From assembly GCA_002189035.1 (NCBI GenBank), contig CM007992.1, positions 1,550,001 to 1,614,000 of the forward strand: DNA of 64,000 nt, written 5' to 3'. Below are positions 12,223-23,500 of the stretch, one piece after another (within the stretch, counting starts at the first letter, position 1; every line of letters starts with the position of its first letter). The DNA is from Utricularia gibba. Its lineage: Eukaryota > Plantae > Magnoliophyta. Both the position numbers and the translations under genes were made by a program. The notes below the pieces were generated by a model. It did not search any database. It was not told where the DNA came from and worked only from the letters and a program-made list of their open reading frames with translations.

Positions 12223-13686
12223 AAATGAGGGCTGGCATGGAGATTACGTGAAGATTGATGACGACAATCCGTTGATTTATGTTGTGCTTTTATATGGGCT
12301 AAACCTGAGTACATACAAGACAACACTTCAAGTATTGAATGTATTGCTTGAAACAAGTCTAATTATAATACAAGTAGTTTATTATGAAGAACATGCATCT
12401 CATTCAAGCAGTTGAGGAAGTAGAAAGTAAAATGAGAAGAAGTGATAGGATGATGGCTTTGATTTTTGTTTGGGACTTATTGTATGATACCTAATTTTTA
12501 TGATGAACTTTTAGTTGTGTCAATTATTAGGAGTGAACAATTTTTGATATATTAGCACTTGGTGATTTTGCTTGAAGTAAATATTTATGTGGTTTTGTTG
12601 CATTAACTATGATTTCAATCAAAGAAATGCTTAGTTATTGATCTCTTTTTTATGTTAAAATTGTATCATTTTTTTCAAATTACAGTGATTCTTGAAGAAT
12701 GCATAAATAAAAATTAATAATAGTTATCAATTTTTATTTTAGGTATTGCTTACTTCATTAAAAAAACGACTAAACATTTAGTGTGTCAAATTGGTATCTA
12801 TGCAGAAATTGTATAACTCTTCTGAATTAGTGTGTTTCTGAAACTGTGGGGAATACAATTGATTCCAAAATCAAAATTGGGGAAAATTACCTCTCAAATT
12901 TTATTTGGACCACTTATTTCATATAAAAAATGGCTTTGCTCCCTTATTTATAATATATATATATATAATTTAATTATGCAAATGTTTATATCACTCTTAT
13001 GTTTAGTTGGTTAACTGGAAAGGTATATTTTTCTTTAATGTTCGTAAAGTATTTGAGAATGAAATGATATAACTTACCTATTTAATATCATTCTATACAA
13101 TATTATGTAATTATATATATGAAATAATTCCCTTCAATGCCTACTACGATATCATTCCCATACACTTCGTGAGGGGGTTTAGTTCAAAATATACCTTGAT
13201 GTAGTAGCAGCATTATCTTGAAATTCCTTGGGCATCTATTTGTTTTCAGGACCATCTCACAAAGAATGACCCGGTCCCTCTTCTGATGACTTATATATTC
13301 CTAGTTAGTTGCAAAAATAAACAAAACTGTTAGGAGTAAATTCCGCCATTTTATCAAAATAACTATATTGGTAAAATTTTTTTATCAAAATACTTAATTT
13401 CTTATGATTAGGAAAATACCTGTGTTTGCTTAAAATATTTGTGTTTTGTTAATCTTTTTTAAATAAATTCATTGTTAGTAAAATACTTGTTTTTTAAATT
13501 AAATTATTTACCAATATATAAAACTTTAATTCAAATATTAATATATTTATATTTCATAAATTTGTATATACACTTGCACATCATAGGTAATGATTTCTGT
13601 ATCATTGGGTATTTAGATATTAGAAAAGAAAAAAATGATATGTAGTAAATTTGAGCAAGTTTGAAAGAAAAATAATTATATTGTAC

Positions 13687-13951
13687 TTGGCTTATAAAAT
13701 TCTCTATCGAGCCATGAAAAAAAATCAACAAAAGACAGAAACAAATCTATTATCTGTTTTTTGTCAAGCAAACAATACATATAGTAACTCCAGATATAGC
13801 AGTAAAAGCAAGACGTGTTGGTGGATCGGATCAACTCATCAAATTCCCAATGAAATAGGAAAAACACTTGGCGTTCGTTGGTTATTAGCAGCATCTCGAA
13901 AAATTCTGGGTCAAATTATTGCTTTCAAATTAAGTTCCAAATTCTGGATGC
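13687..13951 (+). pseudogene. rps7: Nuclear plastid DNA insertion (NUPT): degenerate fragment of chloroplast rps7
   Basis: Translates, with frameshifts, as [65 protein letters not shown], matching plastid S7 ([64 protein letters not shown]). No introns. Confidence 0.9.
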
Positions 13952-14399
13952 ATCCATTCAGCACGAATCAAAGATCCCTTTATGTTGATGGTCGCTTGCC
14001 AACCTATAGCATAGGATACTGATGAAGATGATACAACATACTTGACAACAAATTGTTAACAATAAATCAATAAAGCAACATAACTTGGAGAACTCAAGTT
14101 GGATTTGACTAATAGTAGAAGTCAACGAGTTTTAGGGAATAAGCCAATAATATTTTCCTATAGAATTGCTTTTTTGGGTTGGTTTTATGCATTTGGTTAA
14201 AGAAGAAGGTAATCTTTTCAAATGAAAAAAAAGGTACTTTGTTTCGTTTTTTTTTTTTTTTTTTTGATAATACACATTTCCCCTCAACTAGTCAACTGCT
14301 CTAACGAAATGAGTCTTGTCTCCATATGTAATGAGAGATCAACGTCCCCTACCGCAATCATGCTATTCCAACTTTTCTTATCTCTTTCGTTCCTTTTAC

Positions 14400-14745
14400 T
14401 TGTAGTAACTTTGATGAAGATGTAGAGTCATCCTCATTATTCTATCGTGCCTCCTACGCTTGAAGAAAGCTGGTTAATTCATCCAACGGCATATCATCCA
14501 AATCCTTTGCTTCCTCTATTACCACAAAGTTATATTTGTGATCCAAGGATCGTACAACTTTTCAACTAATCTTACATCTGTTAGCTATTCTCCAAAGCAT
14601 TTCATCTAATTTCTTGCCATGAACATGAATCACATACTTTGCGATTCCCTCACCAAAATTCTGATGAAGAGATTCAAACTCACCACGTAAAGTTTGTAAT
14701 CGAACTTTCTTAACTTTATCAACCCCTTGAACACAAGGCCAATGT
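14400..14745 (-). mobile_element. Copia gag (UBN2-type) fragment
   Basis: Minus strand gives GVDKVKKVRLQTLRGEFESLH, then after frameshifts LTDVRLVEK and VRSLDHKYNFVVIEEAKDLDDMPLDELTSFLQA*E, which is typical Copia gag. Confidence 0.8.
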
Positions 14746-14821
14746 ACTATAGAAATTAGATGAAATGCTTTGGAGAAAAGCTAACAGATGTAAGATTAGT
14801 TGAAAAGTTGTACGATCCTTG
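14544..14821. repeat. 71-bp inverted repeat (70/71 identical) with 136-bp spacer
   Basis: 14544-14614 versus the reverse complement of 14751-14821; single mismatch at 14587. Confidence 0.9.
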
Positions 14822-15811
14822 TAGAAAGCTATTTGACCATGCCACTCAAACTTCATTATATAAAAATTCGATACAATCATAATTAAATTCTTTTGTTTCA
14901 TAAATTGTTCATGCAATCAGTTATTTGTTTTTTTTACTAATTTAAAATAAATTTAAATCTTTTACACTTATGCTTCTCATGATACCATCCGAATTTATAT
15001 TTTAATCCTAGAATATTTTTAAATGTATGAATTAGAGATTATGAATTGTATTTACATGCAAGAAATTGATGTAAACACAATTATTTGCCTCCTTAATTTT
15101 TTATATTATCCTACCCGATAATTATACACGTGTCCTAATAAAAAGTTAGCCTGATGTTTTTTAGAAATCCTCTTCTAGTGCAAAACACCCAAGTTTCCTT
15201 GTTGATGACTATAGATTATTCGTTCGCTGGCTGATTATTACCTTCTCCTTTCCTCGGCAAACGCAAAGAACCTAACCTAACCGAGAAGTGCGTTGCTAAA
15301 ACGAAGGATCTATTGGCATGGCTGATCTAAAAATCACCAGAAGTGCGTGCGTTTCTGGTTATGTTTTTGTATGTGTGTGTGTGTGTGTTAATTGGCGCAT
15401 TTCTTGGGGCGTTTTTATGGGGTGTGAGTTGGAAACGAGGGAATGGGCGGGCGACAGTGTAGAGAAGGGAAATGAGTGAAAACCTATGTGGTGTGTATGG
15501 CTATGCTTGCTTATTGATTAGGACTGGATTATCATAATGTGGCACTCCTTGTCACCTGGACCCCCCAGAATCTAACTTGGTTTTCACACATTATATATAT
15601 ACCTTGTGTGGATTAATCAACTTTATGAAGAAGTGAAATCATCTTGGAACAACAGCAGATCATCTCAGGTCATCATTATTTATGGACACATGGAAAAACA
15701 TGACAAAGAAGGGATAGTTCCAACAATCTAGCAATAAACAACATAGAACAATAGAACAAGACGGCTTTATTTAAGTTTCGTGAAAATTACTAGTTCATGG
15801 GATGGTCTTCA

Positions 15812-18332
15812 CTAGTTCATGAAGACAGATCTTTTCATGCTCCACGAACTCAGCTTTTGGATTCTCACTGATTCAGTACCGTTGTTGAAAACGTACAAGT
15901 GTGACTCTTCAAAAATTGCTAAGGTTGGATACACACGAGATGTTATCACAGTCTTTCCTCCAGATGCAAAGCTCTCCACAACTGAGTGATCAATCTATTG
16001 AAGATAATGACAAATGCACCATCAAAAAAAGATGAAATAATGATAATAGATTTGCACCAAAAAATGAGATGACATTGTACCAAGCTCCTAAGGGAAAGAC
16101 TCTTGTACTTCAAGTCCACATTTACAAATCCTCCGAAAGATGGTCGATATGCATCGCTTCCTCCATCCATTTGTGATTTTCCACTCACCAATGTGGATCT
16201 AGAAGCATTAAACAATGAGACCTACAAAATAATTGACATATAATATATAATTCAAGGATTAATAGATGTTGAGAGTACCTTGTAGCATCTGAACATAATA
16301 GAACTAAATATTGATTTTGATCCTTGAAAATCCTGAAGAATACTGGAGTGTATTCTTCCAGTTTCTCAGAAGCTAGAGTAATAAGACCAAATGGTCCTAA
16401 TGTTCCTTGAACACTTGAGTCTCTCTCCCCACAAATCTTTTGTGGATCATGTATATCCCATCTTGGATCCAGAGGTTCAGCCTTGTCCAAATTATCAAAA
16501 GTAAAGGTGACATCAACATCAACTTGGGCGGGAGTGATGCCATGAATCTCAATTTGTTGTCCACTATGAAGATCTTTGTTGTTCAATTCCACCTTGTTTT
16601 TCCTTAGTGTTTCCACTTCCTTAATAGGCCATTGAATAAGTTGTCTCCCATTCGGATCCAGAACCAATGTTCGAGGAATCAACTGAAAAAAAAAAAAAAT
16701 CAATTAGCATATGAATTTAAATACAAAAGAACTAGTTAATTAGGTACCTGTATACCGGCCCATCCCTTCTTAACATCATTTTCAGTAGTATCTGATTCAT
16801 TTGCCCATCCCCACAAAATTCTTCGTTGCTTGCTAAGATCATAAAAAGATTTTGAAGCATAAAAGTTTCCATAATCATACCTCAATCCATGCCACCCATC
16901 AATCAAATCCTCATCTGGAATATATTTATCCAAATCACGATGATATGTCCCAATGGTGTAATACTCATACCTCGTAACATCAAGACTTACCTTCATCACA
17001 TGCTTCACATTTTCCCCAAAAGCTGAAGTATCAAGTCCATTTCTTGTGGTAACAGAAACAGGGAAGAAATCTGGGCACTCAAAATTGCCGGTTCCAGACA
17101 CAGAATGCAATGGATGCTTCGCCTTGATCCATTGCTTGAAGTCTTTGCTCCGGTAAAGGAACGTCATTCCCCTATGCTTACGCCGACCACCAATGACAAT
17201 TCTCCAGTGGCCATCATGACCGAACCATGCTGTAGTTGGATCACGAAAAGCGGTCTTGTTGATGGATTCATCCGACACGATCAATGGATTATCATTGGGC
17301 TTTATCCATTCTCGAAGATAAGGATCTGAAAGATTAGCTGGAACAGCATAGTTTTGCACCTGAGTATTGTTTTCATCAACAATCCCAGTATAAAGAATGA
17401 CCGGCTTATTTCCAGGGAGAACAGTTGCAGAGCCGGACCAACAGCCATAATTATCAAATGACTTTGATGGATAAATGGCTGGTTCAAGTTTGATCCAGTT
17501 GATCAAGTCTTTCGAAACTGAATGAGCCCAGACGATGTTACCCCAAACCGCTCCTTTTGGATTGTATTGGTAGAAGAGATGATAAAATCCGTTGTAATAC
17601 ATTGGACCTGTTATTATTTAAAAAATGATCAAACTATTGAATAAACTGGAAAATATGCCAAAAGGTTAAAAGGAACGAACACTCACCATTGGGATCTGAT
17701 TTTGTTTCCATTTTCCCAGGATCGTCATGTGGAGAAACAAAAGCATGAGCCCATTAGTTCATAAACCAAACTTCCATCAACAAAAAAGTAAAATAGCAGA
17801 ATGAAAGAACACATGGGGTACGGTTTTAAGACACAACTGGAAAAGGGGAAAAATGTTGCCTTTTAGGGAGGAAAGGAGGAAATGGTATCAGAATCCAAAA
17901 AAAAAAAAAAAAAAAAATGCATGCATGCAATGAAATTGCCAAGTCATTGCTTATTCGGACTGGTTCAGAATAAAATAAAAATGGCGTGTGTTTAATAGGG
18001 GGAAGGATGCCTCATTAATGCGGAGTGATGCCCTCGTGTGTGGTGTGTTCAGATTCTGGATAAGAATTGAGGTTTTCCAAAACAACAATATCTTCACAAA
18101 ACTCATGCAGAAAGCGAAGCTAAAACATGAATTTGGTACCGTTAATCCAATGTCTTGAGGGTTGAAAATGGTATGCTGTCCGGTGCTCCTGCTTCACATT
18201 AGCGGCTACGACAGATTGCAGATTGGTGAATACATTGTGTGCCCCATGGACGCCATCTACGCTGAGCATCGCCAAAAAACACAGGGCCAAAACAAGGAAA
18301 TCCCATCTCCTACCAGAAACTAGAAGCGCCAT
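15812..18332 (-). CDS. CWINV: Cell-wall (extracellular) acid invertase, GH32, copy B; 6 exons, 588 aa. Exons 18332-18140, 17695-17687, 17607-16748, 16682-16279, 16198-16081, 15994-15812
   Basis: Signal-peptide-like N-terminus. WINDPNG built with the 9-nt mini-exon, FRDP, ECPDF (P = cell-wall type), SLDVTRY (Asp239/Arg242-equivalent pair), IDHSVVESF. All introns GT-AG and frames join without stops. Confidence 0.95.
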
Positions 18333-18405
18333 GAGTGGGAGGACGAATAAACCAGAAGCTAACCAGAAGAATAAGGCTGAGTTTGGATGCTGTGAATCTG
18401 AAGAG

Positions 18406-18413
18406 TATTTATA
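18406..18413 (-). promoter_or_regulatory. TATA box of invertase copy B
   Basis: TATAAATA on the minus strand, ~75 bp upstream of the ATG; identical in copy C. Confidence 0.75.
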
Positions 18414-19799
18414 AGGGAAGAAGAGAGAGGGGCTTTGGGTTTGAAAAGAGGGTAGAATCTGTTAAGAGTCAAATGAATAAATTTGCTGTTAGCGGAAATC
18501 TCTCGTTCATTTGAATGAGTAAGGCATCTTTATCTTGACTTATGAATCAGCAAATATTAACTTATTAGAAGATATGTCAGTTAATAAGGTTAAAAATGGG
18601 GAAACTCCTGTTTCATCTCAACAACTTGGAGGAATTTTTGTTGGTCTTTAACTAACGCTACAGATTTAAGGGGCCCTTTGGCTTTGGCAACCGAATGAGA
18701 TCCTTCGGATGGTCTCATCTTGGCGAATCCTTCGTCTGGCCTGACCCAGTTACCTGAAGGCTGGGCAGTCGCTGAACCAGTTACCACCAAAAAAGAGTTG
18801 GTCAATAAAACTAATATCATTTTTTTCGCCCTTGATTTGTGCCTGTGTTTGTTTGTTTCTTTTTTTTGTTTTTTTTTTTGAGCACGTGTTGATCGCCACC
18901 GTCATGTCCTGAGACAATTTGGTGATGGCAAATTCAACCAGGCGACACGGCCGCGATGCACGTCCCTGGAAAAACAAGGTACGACTGATGATGATGATGA
19001 TGATGATGAGTCGCTCACTGAAACCGATCCAGAACTGTGGTACAGCTTCCAGTGCAATTTGAAGGTCGAATACTACACCCATTGAAAACGTCGATTGAGT
19101 AGGCTGGATGGATTCCAGCACGCCATCAATTGCCAGAATCATGTTCTCTGCACATGTCGCTGATTTGGTTCTACCATCCATCATCTATAGCACAAGGTTA
19201 AGGACTCTTTAGAACCCCAGTTGCCAAATTTTCAGCTCTGTGAAGCGTCTTCCTCCTGCAATCAATCCCTTGCAATGCATCCCACAGCCCGCCCACCCTT
19301 GTATTTTCAGCTCTGTGAAGCGTCTTCCTCTCTGCATTGTGGATGAGCCCCCGTAGGAAGGGCGCTGCATTAGTTGGGTAGTTGGTGTAGGCGTCCCCAA
19401 GGAAAAGAGACGGTCACCGTGTCATTATCTGCATTTAGTTTTGGAGTTCCGATGCATTTACTGCAACATCTCGCCCTCTCATTCACGAGGCTGACTCTCG
19501 CATACCAAGAAGACACCGCAGGCGCCCGGAGATATCTCATCCCCCATGGGACTTCACTAGGCCGGGAACAGCGCCCTCGTAGTGTACCCTTGTTCGTTCC
19601 CGTTAATGTAATATTGTAGCTTGATCTCTAGGGTATCAGGATCAGCTGGATCCTGGATTCGGGTCATCCAGACCCGACTCGGCTGACTGTGGCAGTTAGC
19701 ACCATGTGTGTGGAATATTGTCCAAGCTTACTTTGGCAGTTTGTTTATTCTTCCATTCAATTCCGGTGATAAGCGGAATTCATGCCATCAATTCTTCAC

Positions 19800-20400
19800 A
19801 TGTGCATGTTTGGGGCTTCCGGGGCCGCTTGCTTCCTTCAATCCTGCTACAACCGGATCATCTCGAATCCTCGCTCGACAAAACCGGTCGGCACCATGTA
19901 AGAATCTGACAGTTTGCTTACTAACCGAAAAGATGTAATCAGCTCCTTTGTGCGAAGAGGAAAGGCATTCTCTGTGCCGGCCACCGGTGAGCTTAGAGGC
20001 AACTCTAAGCCAACTGGGGAAAACGATGAACGGAGAAAATCTCGCGGCGTCTGTGTCGAACGCCATCTTGGTTCTTGTTTCCGGCGGCAAGGACTACATC
20101 AACAAGTTCTACATCGCCCATCGCCGGCGACGGTCCCCTGGGCTGCATCTATAATCAGTTGGTCTCGTGGCAGGAGTCTACTAAGGGATAGTTTCAACCA
20201 GGGGTGATATTTTTGTACGCCAACATTTAAATTGCGATGGGCGAGGTGCTGAACAATCCGGCGAGATAAGGGTTCTCGGTGGTTGACAGAGCGTACTGTG
20301 GGTTGGGGCAGAACCAGGCGCCGAGGGCGTACGCCGGAACGCCTTCAGAGTCTCACCCATGAATGTGCAGCAGCAGCTGGGTGTTATCAAGTTCAAGCTT
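19800..20400 (+). pseudogene. GDSL esterase/lipase pseudogene (downstream exons), left arm
   Basis: Fragments ACLGLPGPLASFNPATTG, LDKTGRHH, VSNAILVLVSGGKDYINKFY (block III GxNDY-like) and EVLNNPAR*GFSVVDRAYCGLGQNQ. Stops and frameshifts. Confidence 0.8.
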
Positions 20401-20497
20401 CCGTGAGTGTAACTGCGATTAAATCCGAAAATTTTGGATTGACGAAACATGTTTTTATGCCAACCACATTTTTCATCTCAGCGCGGGAAAAACGAAG

Positions 20498-20534
20498 TTA
20501 TTTAATTTTAGGACATAGGTAAAACTTGGGGTCT
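20498..20534 (-). pseudogene. PTD: Duplicated tail of PTD (11 codons + stop: DPKFYLCPKIK*)
   Basis: Reverse complement matches 30409-30445 ([11 protein letters not shown]) with 2 substitutions. Homology ends abruptly at 20534, where AT-rich transposon-like sequence begins. Confidence 0.8.
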
Positions 20535-23500
20535 ATCAACAATATATAATTACATATATGATCTAAAAATTATGAATTTAGAATATAACGGATATTTAAA
20601 CTTTCATAATGAGGCATAACGGTCCTATAAAGTTTTGTGAATGGGTATATTTGACCCATAAGTTTGATGAATTGATATATTTGATTTTCGGATTTTTTTT
20701 ACTGTAGAACACATCTATTTAATAATGATAGATTTAATCCGATAAAATTTCGATTTTAACATATTTGACCTACATAAGTGAACCCGGTTCAATAATAATA
20801 AAATTTTATTAATATATATTTAATTATTAATATCTATTTAATTATTAAAATATTTAAAAAAATTTACTTCCGATATTTGACCCTAAATCGAATTGGGGAT
20901 GACCCTATTCTTCATCTACAGGTAAAGGTGAACTACCGAGAGATCGAGAGAAGTGATTCCCACACAAGAGAAAGGTGTGAAGTTGCTCTCGATTATCATT
21001 CTCTTAAGGTATGGCTTTCGTGATTTTTTTCGCTTCATTGCATTATTGCATTTGCTTCTTATTCGCCTGGTTGCTATTGTTGAAATTTTATGCAAAAATC
21101 AGTTGGTTTGTGAATGATAGTTTTCCTCGTAGTGTTCACTACACCCTTATCATATTGTGCAATCTTGGAGAAATATCTGTTAGAGATCAGCCTCAATCCA
21201 AAACTTGAAGGTGATTGGAAACACTAATCTTGTGTTATAAAGTCATGTTTCAGTTAAAAAGTGTTGGATTTGATTTGTTGGGCTTTTTGTGTGTTTTTAA
21301 TTATTGTGGCCCACTATTGGATAATCTAAGTATTGGTTATATATAAACCCTACTAGGAACACGTGTGAATTAGGTTTTTGGTCATTTTTATTGTTCATGA
21401 GTCGTTTTTTATCCAAGGCGATCTTATATGAATTATTCATTTGTTCCTTCCAAAAACTCTATCTTTCTTGCATCATCATGATATCGGAGCAGTAAAGTTC
21501 TCAAACCTATGTTCATTTCAGTATTTTATTTACCGTTCAGCCTTTTTCACTTAGTGGTTTGCCAAGTATCAACGCGAAGCTTGTCAAACGGTGGCTATGA
21601 TGGCATCTGGTAGGGGGCCTCCGATATTTGATGGTTTTGAGTATGGAAGTTGGGTCAAAAAGATGCATAGGTACCTTCGAGTCAAAAAGATTTGGGATAT
21701 TGTTGAAAGGGAGATACTAGCTATTACACTAACAAGCAAATCTACATCAGAACAGAAAGAGGAAGCTAAGTATCTTCAATAGAGAAAAGATGAAACAATG
21801 GATACCTTATATCAAGCCATTTCTGAATATCTGTTAGATGATATTGTAGAGTGTCAATCAACGAAAGAAATATAGAATACTCTCAAATCCCATTATGATG
21901 GTGATGTCATATTTAGAGAGATAATACGCAAAAACAAGATGGAGGACTTTGAGAGGAACAAATTGTTAGACAATGAAACTATACAAGTCTATTATGAAAG
22001 TACTACGGAGCTTGTGAAGGAGATTCGAGGATTGGGGGAAAAACTTGAGGATAAAAAGGTGATTAGCACGGTAATTATGAGCCTACCTGCAAGATTCGAG
22101 CCAAAGTTATGTGCACTTGAGACAGAAAGAAAAATCTTTGACATTATTGAAGGAAGGCTTCATCAGTTGTATCCTGAATATCTTCTTACACCAGAGCCAA
22201 TATTTAGAGAGTTCATGATTGAGTAGTAATCTACATAAAAGAGATTGGAACTAAGAGATGGTTGTGAGCTTGAGAAAACTTATGGTGAAGCTGCTCTCCT
22301 CACCAAAATGCAGAATATGAATATAAACTCAGGTGCAACTAACAATGTCAAGGATGTCAAGTCAATAGTCATCAAACAATCACCAACGTCAATCCCAACT
22401 TCAACCATGGGTAATCAGAAGTGCAGACATTGTGATAAATCTAACCACAAGAGTGAAGATTATTGGACTTTAAGCACAAATACTTGCAAGCATGGCAATC
22501 AACAGAAACACAAGAGTGAGTTTTGTTGGTAGAAGTCTTATGCTTTGTGCACGAAATGCAATCAAAGAGGCCATCTTGACAACGTCAAATCCAATCAAAA
22601 TTGATCATAACAAGAAGACTACTTCCAAGGATGAAAAATCATATGCATACTTTACCTACTTTGAAGACGAGTCAGAGATATCTTTTGAAGATTCTTGTGA
22701 TTATGAGTGTGCTCTAATAACATTAATCTCAGATGCTAAAGGGTGGTACTTGGATTTTGGCACCTCCTATTATGTATGTTGTGATACAAGATCATTTCTC
22801 TAACTTGAAAAAATTGGGAAGGAGGTAAGCACGTGCAGTGGTGAAAATATTCGCATTGTGGGAAAAGGAAGTATTTTACTCATGCTAAAAGAAAGAATTG
22901 TTCAAGTTGATGATGTTTATTATTCACCAAACCTCAAACAGAACCTATTGAGGTTTGGCCAATTGAGCAGGCAAGGTTTTGACATTGAGCTAATGAAGGA
23001 TGCTGATGGTATAACCACTAAAGTTAAACTTGCTGATCCAAAAACGAAGATTGAATTCCATGTTGTGTTGACCAACTATAACTTCTACCAAATCATGGTT
23101 AGTGATCATAAAATTTGTATTTTCTCACTTCAGGATCAAAGCAACCTTTGGCATAAACGTTTTGAGCACTATAGCTTTAACAATATGAAAATATTGCAGA
23201 AGAATAAGGAAGTACTGGAATTGAAAAATATCAAGTTTGCTGATACCAAATGTGAAGTGTGCCATCAAGGTAAACAGTGTAGAAAACCATTTCATTCGAG
23301 TGATTTAGTAGCAAAGGAGAAATTAGAACTTATGCATACAAATTTTTGTGGACTATTTAAGAAATGTTCATGGGGGGGGGGGGGGGAGGGGAGAGTAGAT
23401 ATTTTGTTACATTCATTGATGATCATTAACACTATTGTTGGGTTTACTTTCTTAAAAACAAATCAAAAGTTCCTCATATCTTTCGAAAATTCAAAATGAT

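Larger units (their letters stand above)
15420..20534 (-). repeat. Left arm of large inverted duplication (partner ~30409-36330)
   Basis: Colinear reverse-complement homology across the 3' flank, invertase, promoter, GDSL relic and PTD tail. In the core, partner coordinates sum to a constant 51592/51591. The 16342-18419 / 33173-35249 tract appears identical except for a poly-T length (21 vs 20). Confidence 0.95.

Noticed and set aside
15789-15821. 11-bp direct repeat ACTAGTTCATG around the copy B stop codon as a transposon footprint
   Set aside because: Too short to distinguish from a local slippage duplication; no TIR remnant.
17105-18414. Antisense ORFs conserved in both invertase copies (17105-17329, 18223-18414 and partners)
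   Set aside because: Conservation is a trivial result of the identical DNA tract; they are shadow frames of the invertase CDS.
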